In this document: piece by piece, positions 32,180 to 42,149 of the stretch
Position numbering within the stretch: position 1 is the stretch's first letter
Layout: every line of letters begins with the position of its first letter
Source of the DNA: Candidatus Hydrogenedentota bacterium
Lineage (GTDB): Bacteria > Hydrogenedentota > Hydrogenedentia > Hydrogenedentales > SLHB01
Assembly: GCA_963745075.1 (NCBI GenBank)
Contig: CAVUWV010000021.1
Span: 1 to 64,000 of the forward strand
Direction: 5' to 3'
DNA: 64,000 nucleotides
Notes under the pieces: model-generated
The model's input: the letters and a program-made list of their open reading frames with translations, nothing else
Told to the model about the DNA's origin: nothing
Databases searched by the model: none
Made by a program: the position numbers and the translations under genes

Positions 32180-33496
32180 GTGACGAACCTCAGCATAGAC
32201 CACTACATCGAGCGGGCACACCAAGCCCGGCCCATCGCCGTATACGGAAAAGTGGTCGACGTGGTGGGCCTGACGATCGAAGCCACAGGCCCGCCCATGC
32301 ATATCGGCGACCTTTGCTTCATTGAACCCCCGCGCGGCGGCGAATCCATCCCGGTCGAAGTCGTCGGGTTCCGCGGTAGCCGCGTCCTGCTCATGCCCCT
32401 GGGAGAGATGGCGGGAATCGCGCCGAACAGCATGGTCCGCCCCACGTTCAAGCCCCAGTTGGTTCGCGTCGGCTTGGACCTCTTGGGCCGAGTAGTCGGA
32501 AGTATGGGCGAAGCGCTGGATGGCCGCCCCGACCCGGAAGGATCGCACAAAGTGCCGCTCATGGCATCGCCGCCAAGCCCCTTGGCCCGCCAGCGAATCA
32601 CGGAACCGTTGGCGACCGGCGTACGCGCCATCGACGCCTGCATTACCTGCGGCAAGGGCCAGCGCATGGGCATTCTCGCGGGCAGCGGCGTCGGCAAGAG
32701 CAAGCTCATCGGCATGATCGCCAAGAACACAAACGCAGATGTCAACGTTATCGCCCTCGTCGGTGAGCGCGGACGCGAGGTTCGGGATTTTATCGAGGCC
32801 GATCTCGGCATCGAAGGACTGGCGCGTTCCGTGGTCGTGGTTGCGACCTCGGACGAACCGGCCCTGGTGCGCATTAAGGGCGCTTACCTGGCGACCGCCA
32901 TTGCCGAATGGTTTCGGGACCAGGGCGCGGATGTGCTCCTCATGATGGACTCGATCACCCGTTTCGCCATGGCCCAACGTGAGGTCGGGCTGGCCGTCGG
33001 TGAACCCCCAACGACGAAAGGTTATCCGCCGTCCGTCTATGCGCTCCTCCCCCGGCTTCTGGAACGGGCCGGCCACGCGGCGTCGGGCAGCATCACCGGG
33101 ATTTACACCGTGCTGGTGGAAGCGGACGATCTGAATGACCCCATCGGGGACGCCGTACGCAGCATACTCGACGGTCACATCGCCTTATCCCGCGACTTGG
33201 CGACGCGCAACCATTATCCCGCGATCAACGTCCTGGAAAGCGTCAGCCGCTGCATGATCAACGTCACCAACGACCAGCGCCAGAATCTCGCCGGCGCCTT
33301 GCGCGGTGTATTGGCGACTTATCGCGACGCGGAGGACCTGGTCAACATCGGCGCATATGTCGACGGCAGCAATCCCGATATCGACCGCGCGATCCGCCTG
33401 ATGCCCGCGATGCGCAAATTCCTTCAACAGGGGCTCGCGGAAGCAACCCCCTTTGAGGAGATTGACGGCATGCTTGCCCAGGCGTTAAGAGGATAG
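32180..33496 (+). CDS. fliI: Flagellar export ATPase FliI
   Basis: Walker A 'AGSGVGKS', 'GERGREV', 'MDSITRFAMAQRE', 'GEPPTTKGYPPS'. Confidence 0.97.
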   Translation: MTNLSIDHYIERAHQARPIAVYGKVVDVVGLTIEATGPPMHIGDLCFIEPPRGGESIPVEVVGFRGSRVLLMPLGEMAGIAPNSMVRPTFKPQLVRVGLDLLGRVVGSMGEALDGRPDPEGSHKVPLMASPPSPLARQRITEPLATGVRAIDACITCGKGQRMGILAGSGVGKSKLIGMIAKNTNADVNVIALVGERGREVRDFIEADLGIEGLARSVVVVATSDEPALVRIKGAYLATAIAEWFRDQGADVLLMMDSITRFAMAQREVGLAVGEPPTTKGYPPSVYALLPRLLERAGHAASGSITGIYTVLVEADDLNDPIGDAVRSILDGHIALSRDLATRNHYPAINVLESVSRCMINVTNDQRQNLAGALRGVLATYRDAEDLVNIGAYVDGSNPDIDRAIRLMPAMRKFLQQGLAEATPFEEIDGMLAQALRG

Positions 33497-33502
33497 ACGA
33501 AG

Positions 33503-33967
33503 ATGGCCCGGCGACGACGCATTAATTTCGACGTTCTGCTCCGCGTACGCAAGCGGCAGGAGCAATTGCGCGCCCAGGCCCTTGCGGAAACGCGCCGGGA
33601 AATCCGTTCTCACGAAGGCCAACGCGAAGCCCTTCACGAGGAACAGGCGCGCATGTTTCAAGAAGCGGGACGGGAATCGCAAGCGACTTTTTCGGGGCCG
33701 CGCATACATGGTTATTTTCTGTACGAACGCCACCTCGCCCGGGAGGCCGTCGAGCAGGATGCCATCATCCGCGAACTCCGCGGCGTCGAATCGGAACGCC
33801 GTACCGAACTCGAAGAGGCCATGAAACGCAAACGAATCATCGAGCGCCTCAAGGAACGCGACCTGAACGAACGCATGGAAGAATTTCGCAAAATGGAGCA
33901 GAAGAGCGCCGATGAACTGGCCTCCGGGCGTGCGGCATTGCGTGCACGAAGGGAGCCCAAATCATGA
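33503..33967 (+). CDS. fliJ: Flagellar export protein FliJ
   Basis: Coiled-coil protein directly after fliI with the typical 'EQK..DE' C-terminus. Confidence 0.85.
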   Translation: MARRRRINFDVLLRVRKRQEQLRAQALAETRREIRSHEGQREALHEEQARMFQEAGRESQATFSGPRIHGYFLYERHLAREAVEQDAIIRELRGVESERRTELEEAMKRKRIIERLKERDLNERMEEFRKMEQKSADELASGRAALRARREPKS

Positions 33968-34533
33968 AGGCGATCCTGTACATTCTGCTCGCCCTGCTGT
34001 CCTTCGCGTTAACCGTCGCCGGCATGCTGGCAATGACGGGCGATCTGAACAAGGCGGGGTTAGAAAAACTCCTCGGCCGTAACCAACCAGAAGTGTCCGC
34101 TGAAACCGCTCCGGAACCGGACCAACTCTCCGAAATGGCCAAAGCGCTCCAGGAACGTGAAGAGGCGATCAAGGCACGCGAAGACGACCTTGAAATACAG
34201 CAGCAACGTCTGAACGAAACGCAAGATCAGATGGAAGAGTTGCGAAATAATCTGAAAGACCTTATCGCGCAACTTACGCAGTCCGTCGACACCATCGACG
34301 CCGATACCCAGGCCCGGTTGCAAGATGTCGCCGATTCGCTCGCCGGCATGAAACCGGACGCGGCGGCCCTGGTGCTGGCGGAATACCCGCCGGAACAGGG
34401 CGCACGCCTGCTTCAACTAATCGACGAGCGCGCCCGTGGAAAGATCCTCGACAAGATGAACGAGAAGAAAGCAGCCGAATTCCTCAAAGCCCTGACGGAA
34501 CAGAACGAGGCGAAAGCTCCCGGCGCCCCGTAA
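33964..34533 (+). CDS. MotE/YlxF-like flagellar protein (TM + coiled coil + MgtE_N-like domain)
   Basis: 'GMKPDAAALVL', 'ARGKILDKMNEKKAA'; conserved position between fliJ and fliK. Confidence 0.8.
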   Translation: MKAILYILLALLSFALTVAGMLAMTGDLNKAGLEKLLGRNQPEVSAETAPEPDQLSEMAKALQEREEAIKAREDDLEIQQQRLNETQDQMEELRNNLKDLIAQLTQSVDTIDADTQARLQDVADSLAGMKPDAAALVLAEYPPEQGARLLQLIDERARGKILDKMNEKKAAEFLKALTEQNEAKAPGAP

Positions 34534-34733
34534 CCGTTCGCACACACGCTCCCTCAGTTTCCTGCAAGACGGGATTCCTGTCTTCTTCGCAAGTCGATGG
34601 CGGTCAAACCGCCCCATTCGTTCGTAGGTTCTACGACGAACGAATCCAATCACTTCGTTCCGAATGCCTCCGGGTTCATGCGCGTCCCGGGGCTTTGGAT
34701 ACCACCAATCTGCACTGAAAGGAGGTGAGTTTA

Positions 34734-36336
34734 TTGCAAATTCCTCAAGTCTCCGCTCAGCCGCATCGCGATGTGGCTGAGCAGAATGCCGTTGACGGCG
34801 ATAAGCCGTCGACGAAACCCGAAGCCGGCGAACAGGGCGCGTTTGCCCAACTGCTGGCTTTGCTCCAAGGAGCGGCGACTCCGGCCCAATCGGCAGAAGT
34901 CAACGTCGAGGCGGTCGGTGAAGGTACGGATTCAGGTGAACCGGTGGGTCCGGCGAATGGCGCCAAGAATCTACCGGTAACCGTCACCACGCAGAATCCT
35001 TCGCCCGAAGCAACGAATGCAACGGTGGAAGGAAATACGGCGGTTGACAAAGCGATTCCGTTCCAAGCACACGCCGCCGGCTCAAGGGGAAACGCCAGAC
35101 AGCGTTGATGACGCGAAACTGGTACCTCCCCCGTCGCCGGAGAAAGCCGCGTCAGCGGGATCGCCTGAGCCACAGACCCCGGCGATCGTTCTGGCGAAAG
35201 CCCATCGCACGGCGCCGGTGGTCATCACGGAAGTTCACCCCAACGTGAAACCCGAGACGGCCACCCAGACCAGCTCGGCGGGGTATGTTGTCGCCGCCGA
35301 TACGGACACGGCCGAAGAAGCCGTTGCGGTGAAACCGGCCGATGCCCAAGCGCAAGCGACGGCTCCACCGGCAAAAGCCGCTTCTGAAGCGGCCGTTCCA
35401 ATCGCGAAAGCGGTCGTTGACGATGCAACGGGGCAAAGGGCCGGACAGCAACCGGCGCCGGCAGCGCCGCCGGATGAGGGCGAAACAACGAAGAGCGAGC
35501 CTTCACGCAGCAGTACGGCGCGCTTCGTTGTTGCCAAACCGGCTGCGGCGAGACCCGGCGCATCGGCAGCAAAGGTCCAACCGGCGCCACAGGCTCCGGG
35601 CGGTCCCGCGGCTGCGCCGGCGCAAAGTCCGAATGCCGGCGGTACGGAGACCGGTCCCATGCAGGAGACCCTGAGTGCCGAGGCCACGGCCACGCAAAAG
35701 CCGGTGGCGCGTGAATCGGCGGGCAACACTTCGCCGGAACCCACCCGCATCGACGGCGCCAAGCCCGCGGTCGCGGATACTCAGACCGCGACTTCGATGA
35801 ACGTCGAGCATCGGGTTCCTGCGACGGGAACGGACGCGGTAAAACCGCAACCGGACCAAGCCCCCACGCCGGATCGAGCGACGTTGAAGACCATCGTCGT
35901 CGACACGGTCAAAGGCGTCCGGTATCTGCTGACAAAGGGTGAACAGACGATGCGCATTCGACTGGTCCCCGAGTCTCTCGGCGAGTTAAAGCTCGTGGTT
36001 ACGTCGAACAACGACGAAATCACGGTGCGGCTGGCCAGCGCAAACCACGCGGTCCGCGAAATGCTTCACACCCAGGTACATCACCTGCGTGAAGCCTTGA
36101 GCCAGGACGGCGGCAACGTCGGCAAGATTACAGTCACCGCCGACATGAGTGCCGGCGCAGGGCCGGGGAATCCGCAGACCGGATCGCCGGACCGGACCTG
36201 GACGCCGAACCAGCGCGGTTGGACCGGAGGTCACGCGCCGGATTCGCGGCATCAACCATCCACCACGGGGCAACAGCCTGTCGCTGTGCCTCGACGGACA
36301 GCGCCGTACAGCGGCGCTCTCAACCTGTTCGCATGA
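34734..36336 (+). CDS. fliK: Flagellar hook-length control protein FliK (frameshift near 35070)
   Basis: Ala/Pro/Thr-rich linker plus C-domain 'MRIRLVPESLGELKL..VREML..LREAL'; AAAGGAGGTGA RBS before TTG 34734. Confidence 0.85.
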
Positions 36337-36353
36337 ACAAGGAGTGTGAACAC

Positions 36354-36897
36354 ATGAATCCCATAACCAAGATAGGCGGCAATCTGGCCGATCTCTTGCG
36401 CCCCGTGCTGGGGAAGGCGAATCCAACGTCGCCATCCGCAGCCGTAGCGGGATCGGACAACCTCAAGGCCGCCTTGCTCAAGGCCATCCAGAAGAGCAGC
36501 GATTCCAACAGTTCGTCGTCCACAGGCGACGTGATTTCTGCCGCGCAAAACGACCTGGGGAAGGATCGCCTTCCTTCGATTGCTCGTCACGCAGATGCAG
36601 TACCAGGACCCGCTGCAACCGACGGACAACACGGAGATGATCGCCCAGTTGGCCCAGTTCTCCTCGCTCGAACAGATGAACAACTTAAACGACAAGTTCG
36701 CCGAATTCAGCGGGAATATGGACCAACTCAACTTCCTCAACGCCAGTGGCATGATCGGCCGGGAAGTCAGCGGTATCGACATGGATGGTGAATTGCTCCA
36801 GGGGCAGGTAGACGGCGTAAAGCTCATCGGCAGCGTCGTGTACCTCACCATCGGCGACCGCCAGATGTCCATGGCCGGTGTCGAAACCATACGGTGA
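36354..36897 (+). CDS. flgD: Flagellar hook capping protein FlgD (frameshift near 36567)
   Basis: 'LGKD/AFLRLLVTQMQYQDPLQP..IAQLAQFSSLEQMNNL' split across two frames. Confidence 0.9.
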
Positions 36898-37302
36898 ACG
36901 CGATGCTGAACCGGGTTACGCTCCACCGAAACGCGGGGCTGGTCGACGTACCCTCGTCGCGCCCGCAACGCGCGCCCGCTATCGTCTTTTGCATCGATTC
37001 TGGAAGGCCGCCTGGGTGAAAACCGGGAGGTAAAGTTTTCCGCGCACGCGCTGCAACGCCTTCGAGACCGCGGCATCACTTTCACCGCGGACGAGAAGAC
37101 CGGCATCGCGCGGGCGTTGGACCAGGCCGAAGCAAAAGGCGCGCGGGACACCGTACTCCTCATGGACGGAAAGGCGCTGGTTGCCAGTGTGCCGAACCGG
37201 ACCATCGTTACCGTGGTTTCCCCTCCGGAAGGGGAAGATACGGTCTTCACCAACATTGACAGCGCGGTGGTGGTCGGCACAAAGCCGGCAAACGCCGCCT
37301 GA
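36894..37302 (+). CDS. TIGR02530/Flagellar_put-like small flagellar-operon protein (frameshift near 5' end)
   Basis: Manual translation: ...VKFSAHALQRLRDRGI...AEAKGARDTVLLMDGKALVASVPNRTIVTVV...VFTNIDSAVVV; located between flgD and flgE. Confidence 0.85.
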
Positions 37303-37314
37303 CACGAAACGCAT

Positions 37315-37380
37315 CGGGCCGGACCCCTTCGGGGAGGCCCGTACACCGCCGACCGATTGACGCGGTGTCACGGAAAGGAG
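37315..37380 (+). ncRNA. Putative cis-regulatory two-hairpin RNA in the flgE leader
   Basis: Hairpin 1 CGGGCC-ggac-CCC(UUCG)GGG-a-GGCCCG (37315-37341); hairpin 2 ACACCGC-cgaccgauugac-GCGGUGU (37343-37368); then AAGGAG RBS. No U-tract. Confidence 0.6.
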
Positions 37381-37388
37381 TTAGTTTC

Positions 37389-38634
37389 ATGGGATCAGCA
37401 ATTTATACGGGAGTCACGGGCCTGCAAGTCCATCAACGCAAGATTGACGTGATCGCTGCCAATATCGCGAACGTCAACACCACGGGCTACCGCGGGTCAC
37501 GCGCGCTCTTTCAGGACCTGTTCTCCCAGACCCTTCAGGGACCCAGCGCGCCCATCGGCAACTTTGGCGGGCGCAATGGTTCTCAGGTCGGTTTGGGCGC
37601 TCGTCTGGGCGTGATCGACATCAATTTCACGCAAGGCACACTCCTGAACACGGGCGTCGCATCGGACCTCGCCATCCAGGGCAACGGCTTCTTCGTTCTG
37701 AGCGGCGGCTCCGGGGATTACTACACGCGCGACGGGTCGTTTACGATCAACGCCAACGGCGAACTGGTCGATGCCGCAACCGGCCTATTCGTGCAAGGGT
37801 TCCAGGCGGACGCGAACGGTGTCATCGACCCGAATACCGCGCTCACCAATATTTCCATCCCGGTTGGGACGACCTCGATCGTACGGGCGACAACCGACGT
37901 GTCGTTGGTCGGGAACCTGAATTCGGGCGTAGCCGCCGGCGACACGGTCGTACGGAACGTGCAGGTGTTCGACTCCCTTGGAACTCCACGGGATATTCAG
38001 ATCACCTTCACCAAATCCGCGACGACCAATGAATGGGATTGGGCCGCGACCAGCACCGATCCCGACATCAACACCGTTACCGGCGCCGGCACCATTGCCT
38101 TTGACACCAACGGCAGCGTCATGTCCGGCGGAATCGGAAACGTCAGCATCACGTTCGTGGCCGGTATTCCGGCGGCGCCCGATCGATCCTTTCGTGTTCG
38201 ACTTCGACTTCAACAACGTCAGCCAGCTCGACGCCGAGAGCGACATCTCTATCAGCAACCAGGATGGATATCCACGCGGGACGCTCGAGTCCTTCAACAT
38301 CGGCGCCAATGGCGTCTTAAACGGCGTTTTCTCGAACGGCCTGACCCAGGTGCTCGGGCAAGTCGCCCTGGCGACCTTCGCCAACAACGGCGGGCTGGTC
38401 CGCGAGGGCAACAACCTGTTCCGGGAAAGCCCCGGCTCGGGCATTGCCCAGGTGGGTACCCCGGGATCGGGTGGTCGCGGCCAGGTATCCGGCGGGGTGC
38501 TGGAAGGCTCGAACGTCGATCTTGGCACGGAGTTCAGCAATCTGATCGTCACCCAGCGCGGCTTCCAAGCCAATGCCCGGACGATCACGACTGCCGATAC
38601 GCTGCTCCAAGAAACGGTCAACCTGGTCCGGTAG
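37389..38634 (+). CDS. flgE: Flagellar hook protein FlgE (frameshift near 38180)
   Basis: 'VIAANIANVNTTGY', 'DLAIQGNGFF', 'YTRDGSF'; C-terminal 'LEGSNVDLGTEFSNLIVTQRGFQANAR' in the second frame. Confidence 0.92.
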
Positions 38635-38677
38635 CCGGTCGGGCCAATCTGATCGGGCCGAATTGACATGACGCACG

Positions 38678-38714
38678 GGGCCGAGAGACCGACAGTAAGG
38701 TCTCTCGGCCCTTT
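38678..38714 (+). terminator. Intrinsic terminator after flgE
   Basis: gggccgagagacc / ggtctctcggccc 13-bp stem followed by a short T run. Confidence 0.7.
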
Positions 38715-38848
38715 CGCTATGCCCCCGCTCATATTCGGTCCGGAGATTAATGCACCCCAAGCTGTTGTTGTCAGATAGCGGGAGTGATAGAATATGGCGC
38801 GGATTGCAAGGGAAACGTTGAACGGGGAGGGTCGGCAGACCGCAACGT

Positions 38849-39619
38849 ATGGATATCGCAACAGTTGTCGGACTCATAGCGGGCGTCGGCCTGGTCGTTG
38901 TCGCGATTCTCCTCGGTGGCAGTCCCGGCGTTTTCGTCAACGTTCCTTCCATTCTCATCGTCGCCGGGGGAACCCTTGCCGCCACCCTCATCAATTACCC
39001 CTTGGGCGATGTGCTGAGCGTCCTCTCCACGCTGCGAAACGCGTTCTTTCACAAGACCGTAACACCGGACACGTTAATCAAGAAACTCGTCTCCTTCGCG
39101 ACGATTGCCCGTCGTGAAGGAATTCTGGCCCTGGAAAGTCACGCGAGCGACGCGGGAGACGACTTCCTACAAAAAAGCGTACAGCTCGCCATCGACGGCA
39201 CCGCCCCCGAACTCATCAAGGACATCCTGACCACGGAATTGGCATTCATGGAGGACCGCCACTCGCTGGGTCAGTCGGTCTTGATCGCCATGGGCACCTT
39301 CGCCCCCGCTTTCGGTATGATCGGCACCCTGATCGGGTTGGTGCAAATGCTCACTACGCTGGACGACCCCTCCAAGATCGGTGGCGGCATGGCGGTCGCG
39401 CTGCTGACCACGTTGTATGGGGCGCTGGCGGCCAACGTCGTGTTCTTACCGGCGGCCGGAAAACTCAAGGTCCGGACCGCCAACGAGTTGCTGACGAAAG
39501 AAGTCATCATCGAAGGGATCCTCTCGATCCAGTCCGGGGACAACCCGCGAATCGTGGAACAGAAACTGAAGGCGTTCATCTCGCCCGCGATGCGTGAACA
39601 AGCGTCCACGAGTAAATAG
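38849..39619 (+). CDS. motA: Flagellar stator A subunit (MotA/PomA-type)
   Basis: 'ARREGILALE', 'APAFGMIGTLIGL', 'ALLTTLYG', 'GDNPR'. Confidence 0.95.
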   Translation: MDIATVVGLIAGVGLVVVAILLGGSPGVFVNVPSILIVAGGTLAATLINYPLGDVLSVLSTLRNAFFHKTVTPDTLIKKLVSFATIARREGILALESHASDAGDDFLQKSVQLAIDGTAPELIKDILTTELAFMEDRHSLGQSVLIAMGTFAPAFGMIGTLIGLVQMLTTLDDPSKIGGGMAVALLTTLYGALAANVVFLPAAGKLKVRTANELLTKEVIIEGILSIQSGDNPRIVEQKLKAFISPAMREQASTSK

Positions 39620-39622
39620 GCG

Positions 39623-40430
39623 ATGCCACGGGAAAAGAAACAGGACGAAGGTGGAGGCGGTGCTCCCGCCTGGATGGTCACCTACGGAGACCTGATGGGG
39701 CTCCTCCTGACCTTTTTCATTCTGCTGATTTCCTTTTCCACGCTGGACCAGAAGAAGATTTCGCAGGCGATTATTTCCGTCCAGGGGGCCTTCGGCGTCT
39801 TGCCACAGAACATGACCGTCGCGCAGATCATGCAGAACATGGCCCGGGCCCAGGCCCGTACTCCGCGGAGCATCGAACGGGCCGCGCGCGAATTCCGCAG
39901 CCGGCTGCAACTGCTGGGTTTGGAAGACAAGATCGAAATTAAGTACGATGGGTCCGGCGGGTTGGAGATCAATCTTCCGAGCGGGTTGTTGTTCGATTTG
40001 GGAAGTGCCGAACTGAGGCCGGAGGCCTATGAGGTCTTGAACGGGTTGTCGTCATCGTTAGCCGACATTCCCGGTAAGCGTATCGAGATCCGGGGCCACA
40101 CGGACAATCTGCCCTTGAGCAATACGAACCGCTACGCAGGACAACTACGACCTCAGTTACCACCGCGCCAAGAACGTCATGCTACAGATGACCGGACCGG
40201 GCGGGATCCCGCGTGAAGACACCGAGGTCATCGCGTGTGGACCTTCCCAACCCGTCGGCGACAACAGCACGGAAGAAGGTCGCCAAATGAATCGGCGCGT
40301 GCAGATTCGCGTGCGCGGCGATTTTTCAGACGAGACGAAAGATCAGATACAGGCGATTGTGGACGGTGCCGAGCCGAACGCCCCGGGAGCGTTCGCGCCC
40401 GGAATCGTCCCCGATCAGGCGGGTGATTAA
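39623..40430 (+). CDS. motB: Flagellar stator B subunit (frameshift near 40137)
   Basis: TM 'WMVTYGDLMGLLLTFFILL'; OmpA-like 'GHTDN' and 'NRRVQI' in two frames. Confidence 0.92.
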
Positions 40431-40433
40431 TCC

Positions 40434-40966
40434 ATGGCTGAACCGCAGCAAGAAGCACCACCGCACAGAGGAACCCAAAGGGAAAACGGTCCATTTTCCG
40501 TATGCTCGGGGTTGCACTGGGCGTCATACTGACGTTCGCCATCATCGGGTTGGTCGTTTTCCGGTTCGTTATTCAACCCCGGTTAGAGACGGACCCCAAC
40601 AAGCAGGCGGCGACCGCGAACCAGAATACGGTCATTGTGCCATTCGAAGAGGCGTTCACGACGGTCATTATGCCGTCCGAGAACATGCTGGCCTCTACCC
40701 TGCTCTACAAGGTCTCGATCGAGTGCTCGAATCAGGAAACCGCAGATCTCGTTACCGGTCATATGCCGCGTTTTGTGGCGATGATTCGGAAACTGCACAG
40801 CTACAAGACGCGCGCCGAGCTGGACGATCCCCTGGTGGAAGAGAGCATCCGCAAACAGATTCTCCAGGAAGGCAATGCCCTTTTGGATGAACTCCAGGGT
40901 GGCGAGAATCCGAAAAATCGAATCGTCGCCGTGTACCATGAAAAGTTCTACATTCAGGACACGTGA
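40434..40966 (+). CDS. fliL: Flagellar basal-body protein FliL (5' end frameshifted)
   Basis: Single TM plus FliL-like domain ending 'VYHEKFYIQ'; follows motB. Confidence 0.75.
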
Positions 40967-41325
40967 TGGACAAAGACCTTTCCAAACACGCTTCCGAACA
41001 CACGTTTGAGGAAATCGTTCCCGCCGCCGAAGCCGCGACGGGCCGCTTGGATATCGGCGATCTCAATAACGTGAAATTGACGATCACGGCGGACTTGGGC
41101 ACGTCCAATTTGTTGGTTCGCGATGTGTTGGATTTGAAGCGAGGATCCGTCATCCAACTGAGTAAACTCGCCGGCGAGATGACGGATATTCACGTAAATG
41201 GCCTGCCGTTGGCGCGGGGCGAAGTCGTCGTCATCGGCGACACCTTGCACGTTCGTATCGGGGAGATCGTCGGGCAGGAACACGCCGACGAAATCTTGCA
41301 CGAGACGGAGAACGAGAATGGGTAA
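40966..41325 (+). CDS. fliN: Flagellar motor switch protein FliN
   Basis: SpoA domain 'LKRGSVIQLSKLAGE..VNG..ARGEVVVI..VRIGEI'. Confidence 0.88.
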   Translation: MDKDLSKHASEHTFEEIVPAAEAATGRLDIGDLNNVKLTITADLGTSNLLVRDVLDLKRGSVIQLSKLAGEMTDIHVNGLPLARGEVVVIGDTLHVRIGEIVGQEHADEILHETENENG

Positions 41326-42149
41326 CCGGACACTTGCGCTGGTTCTACTACTCGTTCTCGCCGGTGCGACACAGGCTCTGGCGTCGTCCTCGACGGCGTC
41401 CCCCGCCTCCGACGTGCAACCGGCACAAGATGATGGAAAATTCGAAGCCACCGAGGCGCCAAAAGTTAAATTAGAAGAGCCGGAAAATCTGGAGCGATTC
41501 GGGCGAACCCGTCGCCGGCAGCGAGCCAAGCGCACCGCCGCCCGCTCCGTCAGAGCAAGCCCCCGTCCCCGATTGGTGGACGAAGGCGCAACAATCCCTG
41601 GACCAGGCAATCGACGACCAGACCAGTGGCGCAGGGGAAAGCCCGGAATCCACGAACGCCGCAAATGCAGACAGCGGCAGCCCGCGCACGCTCGGTCGCA
41701 CCGTGGCGCAAGGGGTCATTTCCCTGTGTGTCGTGCTGGCGCTGATTCTCTTGTGCACCTGGGCGGTCAAACGATTTGGCGCACGGACGCCCCTGCTCGC
41801 GGGTACGAGTTTGGGCACGGTCCTGGGCAAGGTATACCTTACCCCCAAGGTCGCGTTGCATTTCGTGAAAGTGCGAAACGTCGTGCTCGTCATCGCCGTG
41901 AATCCGAATGGTGTGTCAACCATTGCCCAGCTTAATGCGGCGTTGTTTGACGACATTACACTCCCATCGCCCGCGGAACAGCAAAACGACCGCCAGTTGG
42001 ACTTCCTTTCGCACTTGACCGGGGCGGCCGCGGATTCGGCGCCGGCACGTTCCACCGACAGCGAAGACGACGAGATCGCCGCTTTGAAAGGCGATATCGC
42101 CCGGTTGCAGCAATACCTCCAGGAAACGACGCGTGAGCTGGGCGATTAG
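41318..42149 (+). CDS. fliO: FliO/FliZ-like export chaperone (frameshifted)
   Basis: N-terminal signal; TM 'VISLCVVLALILLCTW'; 'YLTPKVALHFVKV..LVIAV'; directly before fliP. Confidence 0.75.

Noticed and set aside
38795..38808. TGGCGCGGATTGCA upstream of motA as a second sigma-54 promoter
   Set aside because: GG-to-GC spacing is 8 nt, not the required 10.
34734..42149. Flagellar pseudogenisation or programmed frameshifting
   Set aside because: The lesions examined are isolated +1 insertions without slippery sites or stop codons, and also affect unrelated genes; sequencing error is more parsimonious, pending a read check.
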